Below, in pieces: positions 12,109 to 21,679 of a stretch of 64,000 nt of DNA. Each line of letters begins with the position of its first letter. Position 1 is the first letter of the stretch. The stretch is taken from assembly GCA_034520945.1 (NCBI GenBank), contig JAXHNB010000001.1:64001-128000 (forward strand). Reading direction: 5' to 3'. The DNA is from Trueperaceae bacterium (GTDB lineage Bacteria; Deinococcota; Deinococci; Deinococcales; Trueperaceae). A program made the position numbers and the translations under genes. The notes under the pieces were generated by a model. It was not told the origin of the DNA and did not search any database. It saw only the letters and a program-made list of their open reading frames with translations.

Positions 12109-12486
12109 TTACTCGGCCGTGGAGGCGCCGTCGCTGGCGGGGATCCAGCTCGGTTCGGGCGTGACCTCTTCGGCCGGTTCGGGGCCGGCGTCGGACCACC
12201 CTTCGGACCGCAGCGTCATGAGCGGCCGGACCGTCATGTCGTGCGTGAGCACGATCTGGCACGACAGGCGCGCCTGTCCGCTCAGGCCCTTCTCGGCCAG
12301 CTTGTCGGCCTCGGCGCGGGTCATCACGTCCGGTTCGCCGGCGTCGAATTCGACGCGGCAGGTGGTGCAGCGCGCCTGGCCGCCGCAGCGGTGGCCGATG
12401 TCCACCCCGAGCGCTTCGATGGCGCGCACCAGACGGGTGCCTTCTGGGAACTCACGACGCGAATCGCCGACACTCAACATGGGCAT
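12109..12486 (-). CDS. 2Fe-2S ferredoxin
   Basis: CGGQARCTTC...RLSCQ; GGAGG RBS before ATG 12486. Confidence 0.88.
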   Translation of the reverse strand: MPMLSVGDSRREFPEGTRLVRAIEALGVDIGHRCGGQARCTTCRVEFDAGEPDVMTRAEADKLAEKGLSGQARLSCQIVLTHDMTVRPLMTLRSEGWSDAGPEPAEEVTPEPSWIPASDGASTAE

Positions 12487-12619
12487 GGGAACCTCCAAGG
12501 CTCAAGGGTCTGCCCCGAGGTGGGGCGGGCCGGGCCGGGCCGGGCGGGGCCCGGCCACCTGGGGGACGATACCGCCCCGCGCGCGCCGCCGGTGTCGGGC
12601 GTCGCGGCGCGGGCGAAGG

Positions 12620-14185
12620 TCAGCGGGGGCCGCGGTCACGGGGCGGGGCGAACCGGTCGCGCACCGCTCGCGCCTCGGGCAGGCCCAGGGCCCATACCGC
12701 CAGGGCATAGGTCGCCAGGCCAGCCGTGCCGCCCGCCATCAGGCGCCCGGCCCACGCGAACCAGTGCGGGGTGGGCACCAGGCCGGCCACGGCCCAGGCG
12801 ACCGCGGCGGCCAGCAGGGCGGCCAGCAGCACGCGTCCCCCATGCGCCAGCAGGGGCCGGAGGGCCAGCCCCTCCTGCCGGGCGGTCAGCGTCAGCATCA
12901 CGGCCAGTTGCAGCCAGGCCGCCAGCGCCGACCCCCATGCCAGTCCCGCCACGCCGAGCATGGGACCCAGCACCGCGAACGCCACCCCCTGCGCGCTCAG
13001 GAACCCGACCGCCACCAGGATCGGCGTGCGGACGCGCCGGCGGACGTACCAGGCGCGGGTGAGCAGCTGGTGCAGCCCCAGCGGCAGCACCGCCAGGCCG
13101 ATGCCGGGGGTGGCGGCGACGGTGAGGCGCAGGCGCTCCGCGTCCAGGCCGCCGCCGACCAGGGACAGCCAATCGAACGTCACCCGCACGGCCGGTTCCG
13201 CCAACACCGCCAGCAACAGCCCCGCCGGCGCGCTCAGCACGGTGATGAAGCGCAGCCCGTCGCGCAGGGTGGGGGCGAAGGCGTCCGGATCCTCGCCCGC
13301 CAGGCGCGACAGGCGCGCGTACCAGGACAGGGCGGGACTGACCGCGAACAGCCCGACGCCCAGCGACAGGAACAGGTCGGCGTTGAACCAGGCGGTCTGG
13401 CTGCCGGACGGCAGCCCGTTCAACACCCGGGTGGCGACCACGTTCACGATCTGCCGGCCGCTGGTGGTGACGGCGAACGGAGCCATCAACAACAGCACCC
13501 CCGCCAGCTCGGGGTGCCACGGCCGGCCCAGGCCGGGCCACAGGCCGGCCCGCACCAAGAACGGCACCTGGACCAGGAACTGCGCCGCGCCGCCCAGGGC
13601 GAACGCCGCCGCCAACGGGATCGCTGCGCCGGGAAACGCCAGCATGCCGCCGACCGCCACCAGGTTCAAGGCGACGGGTGCCCACGCCGGCGCCAAGAAG
13701 CGCTCCTCGGCGTTCAGCACCCCCATGGCCCAGGCCGAGAGGCTGACCGCCATCAGGAACGGGAACACGGCGCGGGTCAGGCGGACCGCCAGGGCGGCGT
13801 CGACGCTGCCCTCGCCTCCCAGGAGCAGCGCCACCAGCCAAGGCGCCGCCAACGTCGCGGCCAGGACCAGAAGCCCGTTCACCAGGATCAGCAACGAGAA
13901 CAGCGCCGCCGAGAGACGACGCGCGTCGGCCGGCGCCAGGCGCGCGTACACCGGCACGAAGCTGTTGGTGAGCGCCCCCTCGGCCAGCAACTCGCGGAAC
14001 AGGTTGGGGACGCGCACCGCCACGGCGAAGGCGTCGGTGATGGTGCGGTCGAACAGCTGGTTGAGAAGCGAGTTGCGCAGCAGCCCGGTGACGCGGCTGC
14101 CGAGCGTACCCCCCATCAGCACCGCCGCGCCGCGCCCGGCGGAGCGGCGCGGGCGGGGGGCGGGGGCGTCGGAGCGAGGCGTCAC
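12620..14185 (-). CDS. murJ: Lipid II flippase MurJ (MviN)
   Basis: SRVTGLLR, PNLFRELLAEGAL motif; many TM segments. Confidence 0.9.
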   Translation of the reverse strand: MTPRSDAPAPRPRRSAGRGAAVLMGGTLGSRVTGLLRNSLLNQLFDRTITDAFAVAVRVPNLFRELLAEGALTNSFVPVYARLAPADARRLSAALFSLLILVNGLLVLAATLAAPWLVALLLGGEGSVDAALAVRLTRAVFPFLMAVSLSAWAMGVLNAEERFLAPAWAPVALNLVAVGGMLAFPGAAIPLAAAFALGGAAQFLVQVPFLVRAGLWPGLGRPWHPELAGVLLLMAPFAVTTSGRQIVNVVATRVLNGLPSGSQTAWFNADLFLSLGVGLFAVSPALSWYARLSRLAGEDPDAFAPTLRDGLRFITVLSAPAGLLLAVLAEPAVRVTFDWLSLVGGGLDAERLRLTVAATPGIGLAVLPLGLHQLLTRAWYVRRRVRTPILVAVGFLSAQGVAFAVLGPMLGVAGLAWGSALAAWLQLAVMLTLTARQEGLALRPLLAHGGRVLLAALLAAAVAWAVAGLVPTPHWFAWAGRLMAGGTAGLATYALAVWALGLPEARAVRDRFAPPRDRGPR

Positions 14186-14209
14186 GGAGCCGACGGGCCC
14201 GGCGCGCCC

Positions 14210-15442
14210 TCAGGCGAAGCGGGTGAACACCAGCGCGGCGTTCTGGCCGCCGAAGGCGAAGTTCTGGCTGATGGCGACGTCGACCCGCGCTTCGCGCGCC
14301 TCGTTGGGGACGTAGTCCAGGTCGAGGTCCGGGTCGGGCTCGAACAGGTTGCGCGTGGGCGGAAGCACGCCCGACGCGATGGCCTGAATCGCGGCGATCG
14401 CCTCGATCCCGCCGGCCGCGCCCAGGGTATGGCCCGTCATCGACTTGGTGCTGCTCACGGGCGGTGCCTGGGAGACGTCGCCGAACACCGCCTTGATCGC
14501 CAGGGTCTCGTTGCGGTCGTTGGCCGGGGTGCTGGTGCCGTGCGCGTTGAGGTAGTGCACGTCGGAGGCGTCGATGCCGCCGTCCCGCAGGGCCCACCGC
14601 AGGCAGCGCGTGGCGCCGGTCCCGCCGGGCGCGGGCGCCGTGATGTGGAAGGCGTCCGCACTGGTGGCGTAGCCGGTCACCTCGGCGTAGATGCGGGCGC
14701 CGCGGGCCTTGGCGTGCTCCAGCTCTTCGAGCAGGACGATGCCCGCCCCTTCGCCGGCCACGAAGCCGTTGCGGTTCTTCGAGAACGGCCGGCTGGCGGT
14801 GGCGGGGTCGTCGTTGCGGTTCGAGAGGGCCTTCATGACAGCGAAGCCGGCGATCCCCATCGGGGTGATGGGGGCCTCGGTGCCGCCGGCGAGCATCAGG
14901 TCGGCCTCGCCCCGCTGGATGATGCGGTAGGCGTCGCCGATCGAGCCCGACCCGGTCGAGCACGCGGTCACGACGGAGGTCGACGGCCCGGTCAACCCGT
15001 AGCGCATCGCGACATGACCGGACGCCATGTTGGCGATCAGCATGGGGATGAAGAACGGGCTCATGCGCATCGGGGTCCGCTCGAAGCGGACCCGCGACTC
15101 GCGCTCCCACGTCTCGAGCCCGCCGATGCCGCTGCCGACGGAGGTGCCGGTGCGTTCCCCCGCGACCTCGTCGGGGGTGAGGCCGGCGTCCTGAAGCGCC
15201 AGGTCCGAGCCGATCAGCGCCAGGTGCACGAAGCGGTCGAGCCGGCGGGCCTCCTTGCGATCGATGAACGCGGGGACGTCGACGTCGACCTCGCCCCCGA
15301 TCCGCACGCTGAGGTCCGAGGCGTCGAACGCGGTGATGCCACGGATGCCGTTGGCGGCCCGGTGCTGCCCTTCGAGGAAGGCGTCAGCACCGACGCCGAT
15401 CGGCGTGACCGGCCCGAGGCCCGTGACCACGACTCGCTTCAT
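14210..15442 (-). CDS. fabF: 3-oxoacyl-ACP synthase II
   Basis: MKRVVVTGLG, TACSTG, NAHGTST, KSMTGHTLGAAG, NFAFGGQN. Confidence 0.95.
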   Translation of the reverse strand: MKRVVVTGLGPVTPIGVGADAFLEGQHRAANGIRGITAFDASDLSVRIGGEVDVDVPAFIDRKEARRLDRFVHLALIGSDLALQDAGLTPDEVAGERTGTSVGSGIGGLETWERESRVRFERTPMRMSPFFIPMLIANMASGHVAMRYGLTGPSTSVVTACSTGSGSIGDAYRIIQRGEADLMLAGGTEAPITPMGIAGFAVMKALSNRNDDPATASRPFSKNRNGFVAGEGAGIVLLEELEHAKARGARIYAEVTGYATSADAFHITAPAPGGTGATRCLRWALRDGGIDASDVHYLNAHGTSTPANDRNETLAIKAVFGDVSQAPPVSSTKSMTGHTLGAAGGIEAIAAIQAIASGVLPPTRNLFEPDPDLDLDYVPNEAREARVDVAISQNFAFGGQNAALVFTRFA

Positions 15443-15525
15443 GTTCTCCATCCCAACGCCCACGCGGGCCCACTGCGGCCGAGGCGTGCGTGCACGCCCG
15501 GGACGGCCCGCCCGCGAAGCACGGC

Positions 15526-15765
15526 CTACTGCTTGCTCGAAATGAAGTTGATGGCGTCTCCGACGGTGCGGATGCCCTCCGCTTCCTCGTCGCTGATTTC
15601 GATGTCGAACTCGTCTTCGAGCCCCATGATGAGCTCGACCACGTCCAGAGAGTCGGCGCCGAGGTCGTCGACGAAGGACGCCTCCTCGGTCACGTCGGAG
15701 GGGTCGGCGTCGAGCTTGTCGGCGACGACGTCCTTGATCTTGTCCAAAATGGCTTGCTGGTCCAT
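15526..15765 (-). CDS. acpP: Acyl carrier protein
   Basis: [12 protein letters not shown] phosphopantetheine motif; 79 aa. Confidence 0.97.
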   Translation of the reverse strand: MDQQAILDKIKDVVADKLDADPSDVTEEASFVDDLGADSLDVVELIMGLEDEFDIEISDEEAEGIRTVGDAINFISSKQ

Positions 15766-15870
15766 GAGGGTCCTCCCAGGGTGGGTTCCGTGCTGGCGGG
15801 ATTCTAGCACGGGCCATTCGCGCGGCCCGCGGCGCCTTTTGGGGGGCACGTCCGTGCCGAACGGACGAGT

Positions 15871-16629
15871 CTACGCCATCGACAGCCCGCCGTCCACCGC
15901 CAGCGTCTGGCCGGTCACGTACGCGGCATCGTCCGACGCCAGGAACGCCACGGCCCGGGCGACCTCGCCTGGGTCCCCGAAGCGGCCGGTCGGGATCCGT
16001 TCCAGGTAGGACGCGGCCAGGCGTTCGTCCAACCCCTCGGTCATGTCGGAGGCAATGAAGCCGGGCGCGACGGCGTTCACCGTCACGCCGCGCTTGGAGA
16101 CCTCCCGCGCCAACGACTTCGTCAGGCCGATCAGGCCGGCCTTGGAGGCCACGTAGTTCGCCTGGCCCTCGTTGCCGAGCAGGGCGACCACGCTGGATAC
16201 GTTCACGATCCGTCCCCAGCGGGCCTTGATCATGCCGCGCAGCACGCCGCGCGCCAGGCGGAAGGCGCCCCCCAGGTTGGTGTCCACCACCGCCTGGAAA
16301 TCCTCGTCCTTCATCCGCATCGCCAGCGTGTCCCGGGTGATGCCGGCGTTGTTCACCAGCACGTCCACGCCCCCGAAGGCCGCGGTGACCTCCTCCAGAA
16401 GGCGCGCACACGCGCCTGCGTCGGCCACGTCGGCGCCGAACGCGGCCGCCCTCCCCCCGGCCGCTTCGATCTCACGCACCACCTCTGCGGCGGCGTCCTG
16501 ACCGCGCACGTAGTGGACGGCCACAACGTGCCCGCGGGCCGCCAGCTCCAAGGCCGTCGCGCGGCCCAATCCCCGGCTCGAGCCGGTCACGAGGGCGACG
16601 CGGGGCGCGCCGGTCGACGATCCGTTCAT
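15871..16629 (-). CDS. fabG: 3-oxoacyl-ACP reductase
   Basis: TGSSRGLG, NNAGITRD, YVASK; fab cluster context. Confidence 0.93.
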   Translation of the reverse strand: MNGSSTGAPRVALVTGSSRGLGRATALELAARGHVVAVHYVRGQDAAAEVVREIEAAGGRAAAFGADVADAGACARLLEEVTAAFGGVDVLVNNAGITRDTLAMRMKDEDFQAVVDTNLGGAFRLARGVLRGMIKARWGRIVNVSSVVALLGNEGQANYVASKAGLIGLTKSLAREVSKRGVTVNAVAPGFIASDMTEGLDERLAASYLERIPTGRFGDPGEVARAVAFLASDDAAYVTGQTLAVDGGLSMA

Positions 16630-17570
16630 GGGGTGCCCTCCTCCCGCTGCGTGCCGCCCTCGGCGAGGGCGTTCTGCAGCCCTCCCGGGTCGGACGCGGC
16701 GCGCGCGTCGGCGTTCGGCACGGTCCGGCGCACCAATCCGCACAGCACGCTGCCGCTTCCGAACTCGACGAAGCGGTCCACGCCGCGGGCGTGCATGGCC
16801 TGCACGCACGCCTCCCACCGTACCGGCGCCGTCACCTGGCGCACCAACAGTTCGGGGATCTCGGCCTCCGACGCCACGACTTCGGCCGTGACGTTGGCGA
16901 TCACCGCGAAGGCGGGCGGGCGAACGCGGACCGCTGCCAGGTCTTCGGCCAACCGCCGCGCGGCCGGCTGCATCAGGCTGGAATGGAACGGCGCGCTGAC
17001 GCGCAGCGGCACCGCCCGGCCGCCCTGCGCCTTGGCGGCGCGGGCCGCCGCCGCGACGGCGGCCGCCTCGCCCGACACCACGATCTGGCCGGGCGCGTTC
17101 AGGTTGGCCAGCTCGACCAGGCCCGGCACTTCGGCACAGATCGCCTCCACCTGGGCGGCGTCCAGCTTGAGGATGGCCGCCATGGCGCCCTCGCCCTCGG
17201 GGACCGCCTCCTGCATGTAGGTGCCGCGCGCCCGCACCAGGCGCACCGCCTCGGCCACCTCCAGGCTGCCCGCGGCGACGTGGGCGGTGAACTCGCCCAG
17301 GCTGTGCCCCGCCGCCACCACCGGCATGGGCCCGTCAGCCTCCTGCCACGCCGCGAACGCCGCGGCCCCCGCCGCGACGAGGGCGGGCTGCTGGTTGGCG
17401 GTGCGGGTCAGCACCTCCTGCGGCCCCTCGAACATCACCGAGAGCAGGCCCGGGAGCGCGTCCTCCGCCCGGTCCAGCACGGCGCGGGCGGCCTCGCTGC
17501 TCTCGTAAAAGGCCTGGGCCATGCCCACCGCCTGCGAACCCTGCCCCGGGAACAGCGCCGCGATCCTCAC
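16626..17570 (-). CDS. fabD: Malonyl-CoA:ACP transacylase
   Basis: FPGQGSQ, GHSLGE, SAPFHS. Confidence 0.95.
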   Translation of the reverse strand: MRIAALFPGQGSQAVGMAQAFYESSEAARAVLDRAEDALPGLLSVMFEGPQEVLTRTANQQPALVAAGAAAFAAWQEADGPMPVVAAGHSLGEFTAHVAAGSLEVAEAVRLVRARGTYMQEAVPEGEGAMAAILKLDAAQVEAICAEVPGLVELANLNAPGQIVVSGEAAAVAAAARAAKAQGGRAVPLRVSAPFHSSLMQPAARRLAEDLAAVRVRPPAFAVIANVTAEVVASEAEIPELLVRQVTAPVRWEACVQAMHARGVDRFVEFGSGSVLCGLVRRTVPNADARAASDPGGLQNALAEGGTQREEGTP

Positions 17571-18577
17571 GCGCCCGCTCCCCGGTGCGCATGCGGGCCG
17601 CCCCCCCAGGTGAGCACGCCGGCCGCCCAGGTGAGCCCCCCGCCGAACGACACCAGCAGCAGCGGATCGCCGTCCTGGATGCGGCCCTGGTCCAGGGCGT
17701 GGGCCAGGGCGAGGGGGATGCTGGCGGTCGAGTTGTTGCCGTACTCGTCCACCGTGACGATCACCCGCTCGGGCTCCAGCCCCAGGCGTTCGCGCGCGGC
17801 GTCGATGATGCGGAAGTTCGCCTGGTGGGGCACGAACAGCCGGATGTCGTCCGTCGTCATGCCGGCACGCTTCATGGCCTCCACCGTGGCCGTGTCCATC
17901 ACCCGCACCGCGAACTTGAACACCTCCCGACCGTTCATGTAGAGGTGATCGGTGAGCGGCTCGCCCCCCGGCAGGCGGCGGCCCGTCGCGCGGGCGTGCA
18001 GGTAGCGCCCGCCCGAGCCGTCGGCGCCCAGCACCATCGGCGCCAGGCCGTACGGCGGCGGCACCTCCTCCACGACGGCGGCGCCCGCCCCGTCCCCGAA
18101 CAGCACGGCGGTGCTACGGTCCTCCCAGTCCACCAGCTTGGTCAACGCCTCCGCGCCGATGGCCAGCACCTTGCGGCACTGGCCGCTCAGCACGTACGCC
18201 TTGGCGACGCTGAGCGCGTACAACCAGCCCGGGCACGCCGCCAACAGGTCGAACGCGCCGGCGTCCAGGCCGAAGCGATCCTGCACCAGCGACGCCGTGG
18301 AGGGAAACAACGCGTCCGGCGTGTTGGTCGCCAAGATGACCATGTCGACGCCCGCCAGGGCGCCCTCGCCGTAGCGGCGCACCAGCGCCTCGACGCTGCG
18401 GAACGCCATGTCGCTGGTGAACTCGTCCTCGGCGGCGATGTGGCGACGCCGGATCCCGGTGCGGGTGCGGATCCACTCGTCGCTGGTGTCCATCCGTGCC
18501 GCCAGGTCGTCGTTGGTCAGCACCGTCTCCGGCGCGTACGCCCCCAGTGCGGTGATGCCGGCACGTCGTTCGCTCAC
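17567..18577 (-). CDS. fabH: 3-oxoacyl-ACP synthase III
   Basis: DTSDEWIRTRTGI, AACPG, FGDGAGA, PHQAN, GNNSTAS. Start is approximate. Confidence 0.93.
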   Translation of the reverse strand: MSERRAGITALGAYAPETVLTNDDLAARMDTSDEWIRTRTGIRRRHIAAEDEFTSDMAFRSVEALVRRYGEGALAGVDMVILATNTPDALFPSTASLVQDRFGLDAGAFDLLAACPGWLYALSVAKAYVLSGQCRKVLAIGAEALTKLVDWEDRSTAVLFGDGAGAAVVEEVPPPYGLAPMVLGADGSGGRYLHARATGRRLPGGEPLTDHLYMNGREVFKFAVRVMDTATVEAMKRAGMTTDDIRLFVPHQANFRIIDAARERLGLEPERVIVTVDEYGNNSTASIPLALAHALDQGRIQDGDPLLLVSFGGGLTWAAGVLTWGGGPHAHRGAGA

Positions 18578-18686
18578 GACGGGCCTCCGTTCCCCCGTGG
18601 CCCCTGATCGCCGAGCCGGCACGAAACACGCCCGGGACCGCACCTGCGGTCCCGGGCCGACGACCGACCGCGCGGCGGCGCCAGGG

Positions 18687-18875
18687 TCAGGCCTCCACCT
18701 CGAAGACCTGGCGGCCGGCGTAGCTCCCGCACTCGGGGCAGACCACGTGCTGCGGCTTCTGCGACTTGCACTGCGGACATTCCGTCAGGTTCTTCGGCGT
18801 CAGCGCGTGGTGGCTGCGCCGCTGATCGCGTCGCGCCTTCGATGTCTTCTTCTTGGGGACGGGATGCTTGGCCAT
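18687..18875 (-). CDS. rpmF: 50S ribosomal protein L32
   Basis: MAKHPVPKKKTSKARRD...CPQC...CPECG; Deinococcus-Thermus type. Confidence 0.97.
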   Translation of the reverse strand: MAKHPVPKKKTSKARRDQRRSHHALTPKNLTECPQCKSQKPQHVVCPECGSYAGRQVFEVEA

Positions 18876-18938
18876 GGTGGGATTCCTCCTGGGATGCGGC
18901 CGGTCGGGCCGGGGTGTGTGGGCCTAGGGGTGCGAGGC

Positions 18939-19544
18939 CTACGAGCGCGAGTCCACGTCGAGGTCCTTGAGGACCTCGAACGGCGAGGCGGGCCCGCCCT
19001 CCGCGTTCGGCGCGACGTGGTCGGGGTGCTGGTTGAGGTCGACGCCGTCGACCGACAAGCCCCTGCAGTCGGGCCGGCACAGCCCGGTGAGCGGCAGGTC
19101 GATCGCGAACACCTGCCTGAGGAGGGGGCCGAAGTCGGCTTCGGGGGCGCCGAAGGCCAGCACGTCGTCCTGATCGAGCGCCTCCTCGAGCTCGCCGTCG
19201 CGGAGCGGCGCTTCGAGCAGCAGGAGGTTGGCCTCCTGCGCCGGACGGTACACCATCGGGTAGATGAACGACGCCTTCACCTCGACGAACGCGTCGGAGA
19301 GGCAGCGCCGGCACTCCATCACGGCCGTGCCCGAAACCTCGCCCTCGGCGAGGAAGTCATCGGTGCCGCCCGTGCTGCGCACCACGACGTGCCAGCTCAA
19401 CGGGCCATGGAGCCGTAGGCCGTCGGCCTCCAGCTGCGCCGCGGTGGGCGCCAGCATGCCATCGCCCACGACCTCGGGGTCGAGCCCGGGGGCGTGGGAC
19501 AGCAGGCGGGACAGATTGAGGATCGCGTCCTGCCTCGGGACCAT
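18939..19544 (-). CDS. yceD: YceD/DUF177 family protein
   Basis: ECRRCL and LCRPDCRGL motifs; immediately upstream of rpmF. Confidence 0.88.
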   Translation of the reverse strand: MVPRQDAILNLSRLLSHAPGLDPEVVGDGMLAPTAAQLEADGLRLHGPLSWHVVVRSTGGTDDFLAEGEVSGTAVMECRRCLSDAFVEVKASFIYPMVYRPAQEANLLLLEAPLRDGELEEALDQDDVLAFGAPEADFGPLLRQVFAIDLPLTGLCRPDCRGLSVDGVDLNQHPDHVAPNAEGGPASPFEVLKDLDVDSRS

Positions 19545-19671
19545 CTCCTGAAAGTATAGGGGCGCCCCAGACCTTGTCAAGGCTCCTGCGAACGTAGCGC
19601 ACGGGGTGCAGCGCACACCTTCGTACGACTTCGCACCGCCTGCGGCGCGGACGTCGCGGTACCGTTCGGCC

Positions 19672-20616
19672 ATGGCCGACGCCCGTCGCGACCCGCCGCA
19701 CGTCCTGGCGATCGACGACGACGACACGAACCTGAGGTTGCTCCGGTCGGTCCTCTCGGCTTGCCGGGTCACCACGTTCGAGGGGCCCGAGGAGGCGCTG
19801 GCCGCCCTGCGCGGGGGGCTTCGCCCCGATCTCATCGTGTGCGACGTGACGATGCCGGGCATGACCGGCTTCGAACTGCACGGCGAACTGCGCGCCATGC
19901 CTGCGGTGCAGGGCGTTCCGTTCGTTTACCTCACCGCGTTGGACGCCCCGACCGACCGGCGCCACGGCATGGGCCTCGGGGCCGACGACTACCTCACCAA
20001 GCCGTACACCCCCGCCGAGCTGCGGGAGGCGATCTTCTCGCGGTTGGCGCGCGTGGAGGGGCTTCGCAGCGCACCGGACGGTGCCTGGCGCATCGTCAGC
20101 CTGGGCGGGTTCGACGTCCGGGTGGGCGAGACGCGGATGCACTGGGAGTCCCGCCGCTCGGCCGAGCTGTTCCTGTTGTTGCTGGAGGCGTACGAGGCGG
20201 GCGGCGTGCCGGTGCGCGAGGTTCGCCAGGAGCTGTGGTGGCACCCGCCGGAGGGGAATCAGCTCCACGCGCTGGTCAGTCGGCTGCGCAAGGCGCTGGC
20301 GGGCGCGGCGCACGTCGACAGCGACGGCGAGGTGCTGGCGCTCTCGGGCTTCAGCGAGGTGCATTGGGACGTGCCCACCTTCGAGCGGGCCGCACGCGAG
20401 GCGCTGGCCAGCGGCCGGCCGGACGCGCTCGAGGGGGCGCTCGCCGCCTACCGCGGCCCGTTCCTGAAGGGGTCGGACGGCCCGTGGGTCGAGCGGGTGC
20501 GCGCACGCCTGGAGGAGGCGACGGTCGCCCTGCTGGACGCGACGATCGAAGCCAGCGACGGCGCGCGGCGCGAGCGTGCCCGCCGCCGGCTGGAGGCGTT
20601 CCTCGACGAGCCCTGA
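19672..20616 (+). CDS. Response regulator: receiver plus SARP-like wHTH/BTAD-like domain
   Basis: IDDD, CDVTMPGMTG, YLTKP receiver; then SLGGFDV...VSRLRKAL...YRGPFL. Confidence 0.82.
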   Translation: MADARRDPPHVLAIDDDDTNLRLLRSVLSACRVTTFEGPEEALAALRGGLRPDLIVCDVTMPGMTGFELHGELRAMPAVQGVPFVYLTALDAPTDRRHGMGLGADDYLTKPYTPAELREAIFSRLARVEGLRSAPDGAWRIVSLGGFDVRVGETRMHWESRRSAELFLLLLEAYEAGGVPVREVRQELWWHPPEGNQLHALVSRLRKALAGAAHVDSDGEVLALSGFSEVHWDVPTFERAAREALASGRPDALEGALAAYRGPFLKGSDGPWVERVRARLEEATVALLDATIEASDGARRERARRRLEAFLDEP

Positions 20617-20770
20617 GGAGCGACGCCGTGCTTCGCTGCGCTCGAACCCGGTCCTGCACGGCCCGTGCCGCATCGTTGTACGCACCGGGCTCGGGGGTCA
20701 CTGCGCGGTCCGCCCTCGCCGGTCTACGCTGAATCTCCCTCGGGCGCTCCTCGGGGGGTTGGGAGGCACC

Positions 20771-20977
20771 GTGCCCGCGCACCTCAGGATTCGCAGCAGG
20801 GATGACGACATGCGCCGCGTCGTGCGACGCTGGCAGGCCCGCCACCGCACCAGCGGGGCCGTGTGGGACGGACCGCCGGGTGAGATGCTGATCGGCGGGG
20901 ACACCGGGGTCGCCGCGGTCGAGGACCTGATGCGCCTGCTCGACGTCAGCGAGGTGGAGATGATCTGGCGCGCCTGA
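20771..20977 (+). CDS. Small hypothetical protein
   Basis: GGGAGG RBS before GTG 20771; 68 aa, protein-like composition. Confidence 0.5.
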   Translation: MPAHLRIRSRDDDMRRVVRRWQARHRTSGAVWDGPPGEMLIGGDTGVAAVEDLMRLLDVSEVEMIWRA

Positions 20978-20989
20978 GCGCGTCGCACC

Positions 20990-21679
20990 TCACGATCCGT
21001 CCTCAGTGCGATGCACGACCCCTTGGCGCCAGGCGTACACGGCCGCCTGCGTGCGGTCGGCCAGGTGCAGCTTGGACAGGACGTTGCTGACGTGCCCCTT
21101 CACGGTCTTGTCGCTGACGCCCAGGCGCCCAGCGATCTCGGCGTTGGTCATGCCCTCCGCGATCGCCTTCAGCACCTCCAGTTCGCGCGGCGTCAGTTCG
21201 GTGAACGCCTGGGGCCCCTCGCCGAATTCGCCACGGACGTCGCGCATGAGCCGAAGGGCCACACGTGGATGCAGCGTCGGCTCTCCGCGGGCGGCACGGC
21301 GGACCGCGCCGGCCAACTCGCCGGATCCGACGTCCTTGAGGACGTAGCTCAGCGCCCCGGCCCGTAACGCGGAGAACACGTGCCCGTCGTCGTAGTGCGA
21401 GGTGAGCACCACCACCTGAGTTCGGGGCGACACCTCCTTTAGGCGCCGCGTCGCCTCGACCCCGTCCATGCCCGGCATCAACAGGTCCATCAGCACCACG
21501 TCCGGCACGGCCTGCGCCGCAAGTCGCAGCGCCTCCTGGCCGCTGCCCGCCTCGCCCACCACGTGCAGGTCGTCCTGTGCGTCCAGGAAGCCCCGTACCC
21601 CCTCGCGCACCAGCGCATGATCGTCCACGATCAGCACCGTGATCGGCTCGCCCCCAGCAGGGTTCGGTGCGGCGCTCAC
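20990..21679 (-). CDS. NarL/LuxR-family response regulator
   Basis: VDDH, MDLLMPGMDG, LTPRELEVL...TVKGHVSNVLSKL. Confidence 0.92.
   Translation of the reverse strand: MSAAPNPAGGEPITVLIVDDHALVREGVRGFLDAQDDLHVVGEAGSGQEALRLAAQAVPDVVLMDLLMPGMDGVEATRRLKEVSPRTQVVVLTSHYDDGHVFSALRAGALSYVLKDVGSGELAGAVRRAARGEPTLHPRVALRLMRDVRGEFGEGPQAFTELTPRELEVLKAIAEGMTNAEIAGRLGVSDKTVKGHVSNVLSKLHLADRTQAAVYAWRQGVVHRTEDGS

Noticed and set aside
12522..12555. GGGCC short tandem repeat
   Set aside because: Low-complexity GC-rich intergenic sequence with no further structure.
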